Shown piece by piece: positions 10,051 to 18,393 of a DNA stretch of 64,000 nucleotides. Numbering within the stretch: position 1 is the stretch's first letter; each line of letters starts with the position of its first letter. The translations under genes were made by a program, and so were the position numbers. The stretch is taken from positions 832,001 through 896,000 of the forward strand of contig CAWIXE010000002.1 in NCBI GenBank assembly GCA_963840035.1, written 5' to 3'. The DNA comes from a candidate division FCPU426 bacterium. GTDB lineage: Bacteria > Oederibacteriota > PGYV01 > Palsa-1178. The notes below the pieces were generated by a model. The model saw only the letters and a program-made list of their open reading frames with translations, was not told the DNA's origin and ran no database searches.

Positions 10051-11169
10051 TTATTTTGTTTTCTTAACCTGCATCCATTTAAACTCCACAGGCGTATTTA
10101 TTTCGTGGTTATTTATTTTTGTTATTATGCGGCTTTTTTCATTTCCCATACCGGACTCAACTTCCGTCTCTTCCGGCAGTTCGATTTCCTTTTCGCCCTG
10201 TATTGTTTTGAGATATTCCTGATCCCCTTGGGCTGTGAGCTTTGGGCTCTGTTTTCTTATTTTAGACCGCTTTTTCCCCTTCACCCTCATATGCCCTATC
10301 TTCTCCCCTGCAAGGTTATACATCTCCTGCTCTTCCACCATACCTGTCTTCATGTTTATCTTTTCCACACGTTTTGCTATCATGCCGCGGATGGCTTTGT
10401 CTTTGCTTTTATTAAACCATGCCACAGACTGCTCTTTAAGGGTTTCTCCGGCTTTATTTTTAGCCTTTGAGCTTCTTACTTTTTCTATGGCCTTATCCCA
10501 TTCATCATTCATCTTGCCTGTTTTTTTGTCCGTGTACTCCACTTCCGCAAAGTCATCTTTATCTTTCAGAAACCCCAGTAACCCACTGCCGCCTTTTTTC
10601 CTGCCCTTTACTTTAACGTCGAGTTCATCGGTTTCTATGTGGTTAGTATCAAAGCGTGAGGCATACCCCGCGTCAGTAAAACTCTTCTTACCGAAAGATG
10701 TCCCTGCAAGCGCCGCATACACGCTTCCGCCTTTTCCGTATCCATTGAGCCCGCCGATACCCGCTATCTTCTGCACCTCAGCCTGTACATCCGCATCCGC
10801 GGTGACCCGCACATGCGAGCCGTCTGCCATGAGATAAGTAACGGACATATCGGAAGTATCCACCAGAAACTGCATGGTAAAAATTCCATTTGTTGTGACC
10901 ATCACCTTATTATTCCCGGCGTTGTCAGATTGCATGACGTAGTCATAAGATAAAGCCTGGCTCTTGCCGCCATATTCCGTCAAAGACTCCACACCCGCTG
11001 ACAAACTCCGCACATCACCGCTGTTTTGTGACTGCGCATCTATGACATCCGCCACAGTGTATTCGCCTTCGGCGTATGTGTTGGAGGATAACACGAATGT
11101 AAATACAAAAACAAATAATGCAACAGATAATGAAATATTTAAACGCTTTGATAAGTGTTTGACAGTCAT
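10051..11169 (-). CDS. Secreted protein with LolA-like (lipoprotein-sorting) fold features
   Basis: Signal peptide. The C-terminal 'KINMKTGMVEEQEMYNLAGEKI...LPEETEVES...KINNHEIN' pattern resembles LolA-like proteins (inference). Confidence 0.45.
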   Translation of the reverse strand: MTVKHLSKRLNISLSVALFVFVFTFVLSSNTYAEGEYTVADVIDAQSQNSGDVRSLSAGVESLTEYGGKSQALSYDYVMQSDNAGNNKVMVTTNGIFTMQFLVDTSDMSVTYLMADGSHVRVTADADVQAEVQKIAGIGGLNGYGKGGSVYAALAGTSFGKKSFTDAGYASRFDTNHIETDELDVKVKGRKKGGSGLLGFLKDKDDFAEVEYTDKKTGKMNDEWDKAIEKVRSSKAKNKAGETLKEQSVAWFNKSKDKAIRGMIAKRVEKINMKTGMVEEQEMYNLAGEKIGHMRVKGKKRSKIRKQSPKLTAQGDQEYLKTIQGEKEIELPEETEVESGMGNEKSRIITKINNHEINTPVEFKWMQVKKTK

Positions 11170-11214
11170 TTTTACCCCACCCTTTTGTGTGTCTTATTGG
11201 TTTTACCGCAGATA

Positions 11215-11243
11215 ATTATATGATTTCAAGCAAGTTGCGTCAA
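11215..11243 (-). promoter_or_regulatory. Sigma70-type promoter for the 11169->460 operon
   Basis: Minus strand TTGACG-17 nt-TATAAT, ending 46 nt upstream of the start codon. Confidence 0.65.
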
Positions 11244-11352
11244 GCAGTAATAATGATTTATATTGAGGAATAATTGTAAGGCACATTGGATTTTGACATG
11301 CTAAATTATAATATAAATGAATATTCTGAGATTTGCGATTTAAATTATTCGG

Positions 11353-13005
11353 TTAAAATCCGAGGAAATCATAAGTAATTATTCCTCCCGATATGTTAAA
11401 GACGTTCTTAAACCCGTTCTGCATGAGTATCCTCGCCGCGATATATCCGCGTATGCCAACCCTGCAGAATATGCCTATATTGGCCTCTTTGGGTATCTTA
11501 TCGAGGTTTTCCCTTAGCGAGTCCACGTGGATGTTTACCGCGCCTTCTACCGAGCCTTTTGAGAATTCCATAGGCGAGCGCACGTCAAGCAGGAAGCAGT
11601 TCCCTTTTTTGCATGCCAGGAATTCTTCCCATGATACATTTTTGACTGTCCCGTGCATGGCGTTGTCAGCCACAAAGCCGGCCATGTTAACCGGATCTTT
11701 GGCCGACGAGTACGGCGGCGCGTAGGCGTGCTCGAATTCTTCCAGGTCAGCCATGGTGCCATCCTTTGAAATATAGGCGGATATGACGTCAATGAGTTTT
11801 TCCACCGACTCATAACCCGCGCACTGGGCGCCTAATATCCTTCCTGTGTCGGGCGCGTAAAGCACTTTAAGCGTCAGCATGGTTGAGCCTGGATAGTAGC
11901 CGGCGTGGCTGCCGGGGTGTATCAGGGACACGGCGTATGCCATGGAGGCATTCTTCAGCTGTTTTTCATTGGCGCCGGTGCAGGCCGCTGTAATGTCGAA
12001 TATCTTTGCCACGGCAGTGCCTATGGTGCCTTTGTATTTATGCTGATTGCCGTTTAACATGTTAAAGGCGGCAATCCTTCCCTGTTTGTTGGCGGGCCCT
12101 GCCAGAGGTACGACATTGTATTTTTTTAGAATGGGATTATAAGTTTCGACAGCGTCGCCGACCGCGTATATGTCAGGGTCGGATGTCTGCATGAATTCAT
12201 TTACGGAAATGGACTTTTTTGATCCGAGTTTAAGGCCGCAATTCTCGGCAAGTGAACTCTCAGGCACAACCCCTATGGAGAGTATCGCCATGTCAGCTTC
12301 AATTGACTCATCTGAATCCAGGTTGACTTTCAGCGAGTGTTTCGCTTTTTCAAAAGATACTACTTTTGAGCCCACCTTAAGATCCACACCTTTTGTAAAA
12401 AGAACCTCTTTGATAATGCCGGCCATGTCCGGGTCAAAAAGGTTCAGTACCTGTTTTGTGGATTCTATCAGGGTTACTTTCATCCCGTGTTTATGCAGGT
12501 TCTCGGCCATTTCCAGGCCTATGAAACCGGCGCCGATGACGACCGCGCTGATGGGCTTTGATTTACTTATGAAACTCATAATCCTGTCAGTGTCCTCAAT
12601 GCTGCGAAGGGTGAAAATGCCGGGGGTGTTTATGCCCGGAAGTTCCGGAACCATGGGGTGCGCGCCCGGCGAAAGCAGGAGTTTGTCGTATTTTTCATCG
12701 TATTGCTTACCGGATTTCACGTCCATGACTTTAACGGTTTTTGTTTCCCTGTTTATGGATAAGACTTCATGCCCTGTCCTTACATCGACATTAAATCTGT
12801 TTTTAAATGATTCAGGTGTCTGGAGGAAAAGCGATTCGCGGGCCTTGATCTCGCCGCCTATGAAGTATGGCAGGCCGCAGTTGGCGAAAGATACGCAGCA
12901 GCCGCGTTCAAATACTATTATCTCTTCCTTTTCAGAAAGCCGCCTTAACCTGGCAGCCGTAGACATGCCGCCGGCAACTCCTCCAACAATAAGAAACCTC
13001 GCCAT
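11353..13005 (-). CDS. cdr: CoA-disulfide reductase / NADH-persulfide reductase with C-terminal rhodanese domain
   Basis: GGVAGG FAD motif, SFANCGLPY redox Cys, GAGFIGLE NAD motif, YAPPYS, rhodanese LLDVR...CRVGIRG. Confidence 0.9.
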   Translation of the reverse strand: MARFLIVGGVAGGMSTAARLRRLSEKEEIIVFERGCCVSFANCGLPYFIGGEIKARESLFLQTPESFKNRFNVDVRTGHEVLSINRETKTVKVMDVKSGKQYDEKYDKLLLSPGAHPMVPELPGINTPGIFTLRSIEDTDRIMSFISKSKPISAVVIGAGFIGLEMAENLHKHGMKVTLIESTKQVLNLFDPDMAGIIKEVLFTKGVDLKVGSKVVSFEKAKHSLKVNLDSDESIEADMAILSIGVVPESSLAENCGLKLGSKKSISVNEFMQTSDPDIYAVGDAVETYNPILKKYNVVPLAGPANKQGRIAAFNMLNGNQHKYKGTIGTAVAKIFDITAACTGANEKQLKNASMAYAVSLIHPGSHAGYYPGSTMLTLKVLYAPDTGRILGAQCAGYESVEKLIDVISAYISKDGTMADLEEFEHAYAPPYSSAKDPVNMAGFVADNAMHGTVKNVSWEEFLACKKGNCFLLDVRSPMEFSKGSVEGAVNIHVDSLRENLDKIPKEANIGIFCRVGIRGYIAARILMQNGFKNVFNISGGIITYDFLGF

Positions 13006-13032
13006 TAGTGCCCCCTGAATTTTAAATTTTAG

Positions 13033-13115
13033 ATTTTATATTTTAGATTTAATGTGCGCTTATGCGCGTATTATTATAATAAAGTGCGAAGCACATTAAA
13101 TCTAAAATATAAAAT
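13033..13115. repeat. Perfect 25-bp inverted repeat made of TTTTAGA/TTTTATA-like heptamers
   Basis: ATTTTATATTTTAGATTTAATGTGC (13033-13057) and its exact reverse complement (13091-13115). Confidence 0.85.
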
Positions 13116-13135
13116 TGAAAATATAAAATTAAGTC

Positions 13136-13399
13136 CTACCCGTTCCCCTTATATAAAAACTTCTGTATTATCACTATCATATTGCAGGTTATGGCAAAAC
13201 TATTTGCCAGGATCATCGGCATTTCCTTTAACATTATGCCATAAATGAGCCATAAAATCATCCCTAATACCAGCAGTACCGGCTGCCAGAGCGCCACGTC
13301 ATCCACTTTTTTTGTTACAAACCCCTTTATCATCTGAGGCATAAAGCCTATGGATGATAACAGTCCTGCCGCGTATCCGATAATTGTTACGTCTTTCAT
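13136..13399 (-). CDS. SemiSWEET / PQ-loop transporter
   Basis: 87 aa, 3 TM helices. IGY.AG.L....F.PQ..K...TK...D and LWL.YG....P.I.AN motifs. Confidence 0.9.
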   Translation of the reverse strand: MKDVTIIGYAAGLLSSIGFMPQMIKGFVTKKVDDVALWQPVLLVLGMILWLIYGIMLKEMPMILANSFAITCNMIVIIQKFLYKGNG

Positions 13400-13413
13400 G
13401 AAGTCTCCTTTTT

Positions 13414-13495
13414 TAGTGAGTGGCGAGCGGCGGGTGGTGATTAGCAGTCAAAATTGTTTCTGTCTGCTACCCACTACTCACCACTCACAACCCAC
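13414..13495. repeat. Imperfect inverted heptamer array (TAGTGAG-like / CTACCCA-CTCAC-like)
   Basis: TAGTGAG TGGCGAG CGGCGGG TGGTGA ... CTACCCACTACTCACCACTCACAACCCAC, directly after the mutS stop. Confidence 0.7.
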
Positions 13496-13498
13496 AGG

Positions 13499-16126
13499 TT
13501 ATGTGTATTTGTCCTTAAGCTCTTTAAGCCGCAGAAGCGCGTCTACCGGGGCCATTTTGTCCGGTTCTATTTCCTTAAGTTCTGATATTATCCTGCTGTC
13601 GGCTGCCGAGAAAAGATCCAGCTGCGCGGTATCGTTCCTGTTATCGCTGCCTATTTTGGCCTTGCCGTCTTTTGTATAATTGGCATTTTCGAGGTCCTTT
13701 AGGATTTTGTTGGCCCGTTTGATTATGGTGTCAGGCAGGCCCGCGAGCCTGGCTACGTGTATGCCGTAGCTTTTATCAGTGGAGCCCGCCACTATTTTGC
13801 GCAGGAATATTATCTTGTCCCCGTATTCTTTTACCTGAATGTTGTAATTTTTCACGCCGGGGAGGTTCTCTGCTATTTCCGTCAGCTCATAATAGTGCGT
13901 GGCAAATAATGTTTTAGCTTTTACATGGTCGTGAATGTATTCGGTTATGGCCCACGCAATGGATACCCCGTCAAATGTCGATGTGCCGCGGCCTACCTCG
14001 TCCAAAAGTATCATGGACTTTTTCGTGGCGTTATTTAGTATGTTGGCTGTTTCTATCATTTCCACCATGAAAGTCGACTGTCCCCTGGCAAGGTAGTCAG
14101 AGGCGCCCACCCTGGTAAATATCTTGTCTACGACCCCTATAGAGGCCTTTTTAGCGGGTATGAATGAGCCTGCCTGAGCCATTATCTGCAGGACGGCGGC
14201 CTGCCTCATGTATGTGGATTTACCCGCCATGTTGGGGCCGGTTATTACCATCACCATGTTTTCCTTGTTATCAAGCCTGATATCGTTTGGTATAAATTCG
14301 TTATAGCCGAGGTTCTTTTCTATGACCGGGTGCCTGCCGTCTTCAATATCTATCGCATCGCTGTCGTTCATTTCAGGCCTTATGTAATTCCCGTTTGCCG
14401 CTGCGGTGGCCAGCGATATCAGGCAGTCTATGCCCGCGACAGCCGCGGAAGCAGCCTGTATGTCGGGTATGTATGATGAAAGCTTCTCGCGTATTTCCGT
14501 GAATATTTTATACTCAAGCGCGGTTATTTTTTCCTGCGCTCCGAGAACCATGGATTCGTATTCCTTCAGTTCCGGCGTTATGAAGCGCTCGGCGTTAACC
14601 AGCGTCTGTTTGCGGATGTAGTCAGCGGGGACGCTCTTTAAGTTCGCTTTGCTTATCTCTATGTAATAACCAAAGACCGATGTGTATCCAACCTTAAGCG
14701 AGCCTATCCCTGATTTTTTACGCTCATTTTCCTGCAATGCGGCGATCCATTGCTTGCCTCCGGAACTTACCTCCTTGAGTTTCTTAAGTTCCACGTCAAA
14801 ATCCGGCTTGATTACGCCTCCGTCCTTAACCGATATGGGGGGCTCATCAACGATAGCGGAATCAATGAGCGTAAAGGCGTCTTTCAGTTTTGGCGCGTTA
14901 AATGATATGACGGATTTTACTTTTTTGTCAGGGATGTCTTTTATCATAGCCTCAAGTTTTTCAACGGCAAGGATGGAACGCTTAAGCGAATTTAAGTCCC
15001 GTCCGTTGACGCCCTGGCTGCCGAGCTTTCCGCTTATCCTTTCCATATCGGAAATTCCGCGCATTATTTCCCTGAAGTTCTCGCGGGTATCAGGCGAGTC
15101 CGAAAAGAAACCGACAGCGTCGAGCCTTTTGTTGATCGCGGTAATGTCAGTTAACGGGTTCTTCAGCCATTTTTTCAGTTCCCTGCTGCCCATGGCGGTT
15201 TCAGTGTGGTCCAGCACGGAGAACAAAGTGGTATCCGCGCCTTTTACTGCTGAGTCGGTTATCTCCAGGTTCTTTAAGCTCACGGCGTCAACGTATAATA
15301 TGTCGCCGCGCGAACGCAGTGAAAGTTTGTTTATGTGGTAAAGGGCGGTCTTCTGCGTATCGTACAGGTATGAAAGCAGGCTTCCTGCCGAGGAAATAAC
15401 CGCGCTTTTGCCCTCTATTCCGAAACCTTCAAGGTTTAAGACATGGAAATGATCCTTCAATTTTTCGTATGCCACGTCTTTCTGGAAGTTCCAGTCAGGG
15501 CACGGATTGATGTAGATGCGCACGCCGCCGGACTTAAGCCTTTCAACAAGGTTCTTTGAAAGCGTTTTGTCCCCGGCATATGATTCGGGGATTAGCAGCT
15601 CCACGGGCGCGATCTTTTCAACTTCGTCAATTATGCGGTCAAAATCACGGCCAAAGGCTGTTTCCTGGCAGAAAAATTCGCCGGTTGTAATGTCTATAAA
15701 AGCTATAGCCGCGGTTTCTTTTTCAACGCACAGCGACATGATGTAGTTATTTGTTTTTTTATCAAGGGCGGTTTCCTCAAGGACGGTTCCCGGCGTGACT
15801 ATTTTTATGATTTCCCTCTTGACTATTCCCTGAGCGTCCTTCGGGTCCTCCACCTGTTCGCATACCGCGACTTTATATCCGGCGGAAATAAGCTTATATA
15901 TGTAGGCGTTGGCCGCATGGAAAGGTATGCCGCACATCGGCATTTTCACTGTCCTGCCGTCGCCGGAGGAACGCGAAGTGAGCGCTATCTGAAGTATTCC
16001 CGAGGCTTTTTTGGCGTCATCCCCGAACATCTCATAAAAGTCGCCGAGCCTGAAAAACAATATGGCGTCGCCGGCCTTCTTTTTCACCTCTAAGTACTGC
16101 TTCATCATGGGGGTTAACTCGGTCAT
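13499..16126 (-). CDS. mutS: DNA mismatch repair protein MutS
   Basis: TPMMKQY, FFRLGDFYEMF, TGPNMAGKSTYMRQ, STFMVEM, DEVGRGTST, FATHY, SYGIHVARLAG. Confidence 0.98.
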   Translation of the reverse strand: MTELTPMMKQYLEVKKKAGDAILFFRLGDFYEMFGDDAKKASGILQIALTSRSSGDGRTVKMPMCGIPFHAANAYIYKLISAGYKVAVCEQVEDPKDAQGIVKREIIKIVTPGTVLEETALDKKTNNYIMSLCVEKETAAIAFIDITTGEFFCQETAFGRDFDRIIDEVEKIAPVELLIPESYAGDKTLSKNLVERLKSGGVRIYINPCPDWNFQKDVAYEKLKDHFHVLNLEGFGIEGKSAVISSAGSLLSYLYDTQKTALYHINKLSLRSRGDILYVDAVSLKNLEITDSAVKGADTTLFSVLDHTETAMGSRELKKWLKNPLTDITAINKRLDAVGFFSDSPDTRENFREIMRGISDMERISGKLGSQGVNGRDLNSLKRSILAVEKLEAMIKDIPDKKVKSVISFNAPKLKDAFTLIDSAIVDEPPISVKDGGVIKPDFDVELKKLKEVSSGGKQWIAALQENERKKSGIGSLKVGYTSVFGYYIEISKANLKSVPADYIRKQTLVNAERFITPELKEYESMVLGAQEKITALEYKIFTEIREKLSSYIPDIQAASAAVAGIDCLISLATAAANGNYIRPEMNDSDAIDIEDGRHPVIEKNLGYNEFIPNDIRLDNKENMVMVITGPNMAGKSTYMRQAAVLQIMAQAGSFIPAKKASIGVVDKIFTRVGASDYLARGQSTFMVEMIETANILNNATKKSMILLDEVGRGTSTFDGVSIAWAITEYIHDHVKAKTLFATHYYELTEIAENLPGVKNYNIQVKEYGDKIIFLRKIVAGSTDKSYGIHVARLAGLPDTIIKRANKILKDLENANYTKDGKAKIGSDNRNDTAQLDLFSAADSRIISELKEIEPDKMAPVDALLRLKELKDKYT

Positions 16127-16145
16127 TAATACCTCTATGTATTTT

Positions 16146-16232
16146 TTAACCCTTATCCTTAACCTTATCCTTAGCTTTTGGATCCTTGATAAAGGGCTAA
16201 GGGCTGAGGATAAGGTTAAGGATAAGGGTTAA
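16146..16232. repeat. Perfect 26-bp inverted repeat made of CCTTAT/CCTTAA hexamers
   Basis: TTAACCCTTATCCTTAACCTTATCCT (16146-16171) and its reverse complement (16207-16232). Confidence 0.85.
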
Positions 16233-16254
16233 GGAAAGGAATCGTCAATAATAG

Positions 16255-17175
16255 TTACAGCTCGTCATCCTTGTTATTTATGCGTTCATTTTTTAATTTT
16301 TTTTCCATAAGCTTTAAGCCCTTTTCCACCTTCTCGCGCCAGACTGTGGCGGGGTACATTTCAAGCATGGACACGTATACTTCTTTTGCTATGCCGTACT
16401 CGCCGAGCTTGTAGTGCGCTTTACCCAGGCCGTAGAGGGCTTCTTCCTGGAAATGACGGTTTGATTTTACTATGTCGGAAAAGAGGGCTTTTGACACTCC
16501 AAAGTCCCCTTTGTCCATGAATGCCTGCGCGCGGTGCAGTTCTGATAAAGTGTATAAGAACATGTTATCATCCGACTTTGGCACGCGCTGGTAGCTTTCT
16601 ATGGCGTTGTTATAATCGTGCTTACCCATGTAAATGTGGCCGGAGTATATGGCTGCCCAGCTGTAAAACCAGTTGTCGCCCGGGTAATATTTAAGTATTT
16701 TTAAATAGTTTGCAAGCGCTTCGTTATTTTTGCCCGCTGTTTTATAAAGCGAGGCAATGTCAAAAAGCGCCATGACAGCGTACTCGCCTTTGGGAAATGC
16801 GGAAAGGTATGATTCGTATGCTTTAATGGCGGCGCTCTCTAAGCGCTGCGACGACCTTATCCTGCCTATGGCAAAATAGGCCTCTTCTGAAAGCGACGTG
16901 CCGGGAAATTTTGTGATGATGTCCTTATATTCGTAAATGGCGTCCTCCGGCTTGCCCATCTTTTCGTATACCTTGGCTGACATCAAATATGACATCCTGT
17001 ACCAGTCCGAGTCCGGGTAAAGCTGCCTTACTTTGATGTAAAGTTTTATGGCCTCGGGGTATTTTTTTGCCTGTATCATGAGCAGTGCCTGGGACATGGG
17101 ATCGGCGCAGAAAACAAATGACGGGATAATCAGTGAGAAAATGATCAGAAAAGAAAAGAGCCTCTTACTGTCCAT
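16255..17175 (-). CDS. Secreted TPR protein (BamD/CpoB-like repeats)
   Basis: Signal peptide. Repeated A...Y..I...YP/FP TPR units. Confidence 0.85.
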   Translation of the reverse strand: MDSKRLFSFLIIFSLIIPSFVFCADPMSQALLMIQAKKYPEAIKLYIKVRQLYPDSDWYRMSYLMSAKVYEKMGKPEDAIYEYKDIITKFPGTSLSEEAYFAIGRIRSSQRLESAAIKAYESYLSAFPKGEYAVMALFDIASLYKTAGKNNEALANYLKILKYYPGDNWFYSWAAIYSGHIYMGKHDYNNAIESYQRVPKSDDNMFLYTLSELHRAQAFMDKGDFGVSKALFSDIVKSNRHFQEEALYGLGKAHYKLGEYGIAKEVYVSMLEMYPATVWREKVEKGLKLMEKKLKNERINNKDDEL

Positions 17176-18271
17176 ATACCTTATACTCTATCTCGCGCTG
17201 GGTTTTTAAACCCTTAATGCGCTCTTCGGCCTGCTGGACATACATGTCCTGCATGTAATACTCATATATGACCCTGGAATAGGCTTCTTTCGCGTCCTTA
17301 TACTGGCCCGCCAGCTTGTACGTGTCGCCTATATGCATCGCGGCGCGGGGCGCCCATTCGGTGTCCTTGAATTTAAATTTAATGAGCTTATATTCCTTAA
17401 CCGCGCTTTTGTACCTGTTAGTCTGCGCGTAAAGCGAAGCCAGCTGGAACCTGGCCTGAATTTCCCACTGGGAGTTTGGGAAGTATTTGATTATGTTCTT
17501 GTAAATGATTTCAACCCTTTTATATTTTTCCTGTTTCATGTAAACCTGCGCCAGGCTCATGTAAGCCCTGATAGTATCCGCTTTGTCCGGTTTTTTGGTT
17601 ATCATGTCCTTATATATTTCGACGGCATATGCCCACTTCTCGAGTTTTGAATAGCAGCCCGCAAGCCTGTAAGCCGCCTCAATGGATATTTCGGCTTTTG
17701 GTTTCTCAGCCAGGACCTTCTGGTATTGTGTTATTGCCTTATCATACTGTTTTGAATACTCATACGCGTTGGCAAGCGAATACCTGATATCGTAAAGGTT
17801 CTTTGCTGTGGGATAGTTCTGTATTATTCTCTCCCAGATTTCGGACGCGCCGTCATAATCCTCTATGTCATAATACTTCCTGCCTTCTTTATATAGGGCG
17901 TTGACATCCTTTTCTATTTCTTCTTTTGTCTTGTTCGCTTCCTGTATGTTTGTTTCATTCGATTTGAACATTGATTCGCCCTGCGGTACGGGTGTGGGTG
18001 TTTTTATGGCGGAGTCCTTTGCCTGTATTCCGCCTGTGGCCTGAACTGTGGGTTCTCCATTATCGATGGCCGGCGAATCGCTTGACATGGCATTGGTCAT
18101 GGACCCGTCCATGGGAGTATTAGGGTCAGGCGTAGGCTGCACATCCCCGGCAAATATGTCGCCCGGCGTTACTGAAGATGTGTCTGTAAAAGCTTCCTGC
18201 TCATCAACGGAATATATATATAATGGCAAAACAAGGTTTAAAATAAGGCAAAAATAGAGTATTTTTTTCAT
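17165..18271 (-). CDS. Secreted TPR protein (BamD/CpoB-like repeats)
   Basis: Signal peptide, low-complexity linker, several TPR units. Overlaps the next gene by 11 nt. Confidence 0.85.
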   Translation of the reverse strand: MKKILYFCLILNLVLPLYIYSVDEQEAFTDTSSVTPGDIFAGDVQPTPDPNTPMDGSMTNAMSSDSPAIDNGEPTVQATGGIQAKDSAIKTPTPVPQGESMFKSNETNIQEANKTKEEIEKDVNALYKEGRKYYDIEDYDGASEIWERIIQNYPTAKNLYDIRYSLANAYEYSKQYDKAITQYQKVLAEKPKAEISIEAAYRLAGCYSKLEKWAYAVEIYKDMITKKPDKADTIRAYMSLAQVYMKQEKYKRVEIIYKNIIKYFPNSQWEIQARFQLASLYAQTNRYKSAVKEYKLIKFKFKDTEWAPRAAMHIGDTYKLAGQYKDAKEAYSRVIYEYYMQDMYVQQAEERIKGLKTQREIEYKVYGQ

Positions 18272-18393
18272 ACACTCTCCTTTTAATTAGTAAAAAGAGA
18301 TTAACATACCTATAGACGATTGTCAATTGTCTATTGTAAATGCCTCAATGAACTAACTGATTTTACTTTTATAGCATAAAAATGAGGATGCTT

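Noticed and set aside
12170..15746. Long plus-strand ORFs (e.g. 12170-13018, 14682-15341)
   Set aside because: Antisense shadows of cdr and mutS with no recognisable motifs. The same applies to most plus-strand ORFs in the track.
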